From the NCBI GenBank assembly GCA_046758745.1, contig JBHIAV010000011.1, forward strand, positions 10,952 through 74,951: a stretch of DNA of 64,000 nucleotides, read 5' to 3'. The notes under the pieces were generated by a model. The model saw only the letters and a program-made list of their open reading frames with translations, had not been told where the DNA came from and made no database searches. The position numbers and the translations under genes are program-made. Shown one piece after another: positions 62,325 through 64,000 of the stretch. Every line of letters begins with the position of its first letter. The stretch's first letter is position 1. Origin of the DNA: Gemmatimonadota bacterium (GTDB lineage: Bacteria; Gemmatimonadota; Gemmatimonadetes; Palauibacterales; Palauibacteraceae).

Positions 62325-63667
62325 GTGGGGAAGAGTCGCGTGATGTCCGCGATGGCGTCGGGCAAGGCGAAGACGACGGCGGTGTCGCCGGCCTGGAGCG
62401 TGTCGGACCCGCGGGGCACGAGAACGTCGTTCCCGCGCACGATGGCGGCGACCAGCGAGTTGGCGGGGAAATCCACCTCGGCCAGCGGGCGACCCGCCGC
62501 CGGACACTCCGGTGAGACCCTGAAGGCGATCGCCTCGGCCTCGCTGTCCCTGAGCGTCGCCACCCGCATCACGCTGCCGCGGCGCACGTAGCGGAGGATC
62601 GCGTTCGCCGCGCTGAGCCGCGGGCTCACCGTCGTGTCGAGGCCGATGCGACGGGCGAGCGGGACGAAGTCCACCCGGTTGACCAGAGTGATTACCTGCC
62701 TCGCTCCGGCGTGCTTCGCGACGAGAGAGGCGAGGATGTTCGTCTCGTCCTCCTCGGTGACAGCGACGAACGCGTCGGCGTGTCCGACACCCTCCAGCTC
62801 GAGCAACTCGACCTCCGTGACGCTGCCCTGCAAGACGAGGTTTCGCGGGAGCTTCTCCGCCAGCTCCTCCCCGCGCTCGCGCTCGGGAACGAGCAGGGTT
62901 GCTTGCACCCGGTGCTGCTCGAGAAGCTGCGCGAGATAGAACGCCTCGAGGCTGCCGCCGCCGATCATCACGCGCTTCAGCTTCGTGAGCTCGTAGCCGC
63001 AAAGCTCCAGTGCCCGAGGGATGTCCGGGGCAGCCGCGACGAAGTAGACGTGGTCGCCAGGCGAGAGGATGGTCGAACCGTCCGGCACGACCGTCGCTCC
63101 CTCCCGCTCCATGGCGACGGTGAGGAACTGTCGCCCGCCCTCCTCGGCGGAGATGTCGCGCAGCGGACGGCCGAGGGCGGGCGCCCCCTCCTGAACGAGG
63201 AGGCCGATCAGCTGGACCCTGCCATCCGCGAAGACCGCGACATCGGTGGCCGCGGTCGACTGGAGGAGGCGGAGCGTCTCGAGGGCCAGCTCACGCTCGG
63301 GGTTGATGAGCAGGTCCACTCCGAAGCGCTCCGGCTGGAGATCCGTCCCGTGGCCGTAGAAGTCCGGGTTGGAGACCCGCGCCACCCGGACGAGGCCCTT
63401 CGCACCTCGGGCCGACATGCAGGAGACGAGGTTCACCTCGTCGATGCTCGTCACGGCGAGCAGGATCTTCGCCTCCGCGATCCCCGCCCGCTCGAGGACG
63501 GCGAGGCTCGTCCCGCTCCCCTCGAGCACGGCCACGTCCAGGTGGCTCTCGACGTAATCGAGCCGGTCGGGGTCGACCTCCACGATCACCACGTCATGGC
63601 GTTCCTTGGAGAGGCGCTCGGCGACGTGCATCCCCACCTCGCCCGCCCCGACGATCACCACGCGCAT
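62321..63667 (-). CDS. trkA: Trk potassium uptake NAD-binding subunit
   Basis: MRVVIVGAGEVG, two RCK units, INPE. Confidence 0.93.
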   Translation of the reverse strand: MRVVIVGAGEVGMHVAERLSKERHDVVIVEVDPDRLDYVESHLDVAVLEGSGTSLAVLERAGIAEAKILLAVTSIDEVNLVSCMSARGAKGLVRVARVSNPDFYGHGTDLQPERFGVDLLINPERELALETLRLLQSTAATDVAVFADGRVQLIGLLVQEGAPALGRPLRDISAEEGGRQFLTVAMEREGATVVPDGSTILSPGDHVYFVAAAPDIPRALELCGYELTKLKRVMIGGGSLEAFYLAQLLEQHRVQATLLVPERERGEELAEKLPRNLVLQGSVTEVELLELEGVGHADAFVAVTEEDETNILASLVAKHAGARQVITLVNRVDFVPLARRIGLDTTVSPRLSAANAILRYVRRGSVMRVATLRDSEAEAIAFRVSPECPAAGRPLAEVDFPANSLVAAIVRGNDVLVPRGSDTLQAGDTAVVFALPDAIADITRLFPT

Positions 63668-63961
63668 GTGCTGTCCTTCGCCGTGGCTGAGGCCGCGCGG
63701 TCCCCGCTCATCCGGTGTGGGGAATCGGAGGTCACGGGCGACACCTTGGGGAAGCCCGGTCGCCGCCCGCAAGACTGGGCCGCGACGCCTCTCCAACGTC
63801 GACCCTACGAAAGCGGGCGGAGACGGGCTATTTTTCTTCCCGGTCCACGGCCCGAGGAGCCAAGGTGTGGCGCGCGGCGGCCGGACGAGCGAGCGTCCGT
63901 CAGCCGTGCCCGCGGTTCGGCGAGAGAGCGTTATGATCCGGGCCGCTCGCAGACCGAGTGT

Positions 63962-64000
63962 GGGCCCGTAGCTCAGTTGGTCAGAGCAGGGGACTCATAA
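63962..64000 (+). tRNA. tRNA with CAT anticodon, 3' truncated by window edge (probably Ile2, elongator Met not excluded)
   Basis: GGGCCCG TAGCTCAGTTGGTCAGAGC A GGGGA CTCATAA: acceptor 5' strand, D-arm and anticodon loop. Confidence 0.85.

Overview
A very GC-rich bacterial chromosomal window; gene content and protein style suggest Gemmatimonadota, which is an inference. Most of it is housekeeping and metabolism: folate-type histidine utilisation (ftcD-hutI-hutU), hemE-hemH, a TetR-TolC-MFP-RND efflux operon, ctaA-gltX-tadA, pyrR-pyrB-pyrC, rpsT, scpA-scpB-rluB, a MoxR/DUF58/VWA/TPR (Bat-like) cluster, pcm, selD-upp and trkA-trkH. There are two tRNAs: Ser(TGA) and a truncated CAT-anticodon tRNA at the right edge. 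Several things are missed by the ORF track. selD is a selenoprotein with an in-frame UGA and a SECIS-like hairpin, and its ribosome-binding site and start are duplicated to form an 8-codon upstream ORF. tRNA-Ser is flanked by a tyrosine-integrase relic and a 23-aa cationic amphipathic mini-ORF. The ferrochelatase has a possible four-cysteine [2Fe-2S] arrangement. There is also a structured leader ahead of an HPF/RaiA-like gene, a triple TetR operator, a frameshifted transporter remnant and several short tandem duplications at gene boundaries. No CRISPR array or intact mobile element was seen, and I cannot support a large novel multi-gene system; the findings are mostly small-scale candidates.
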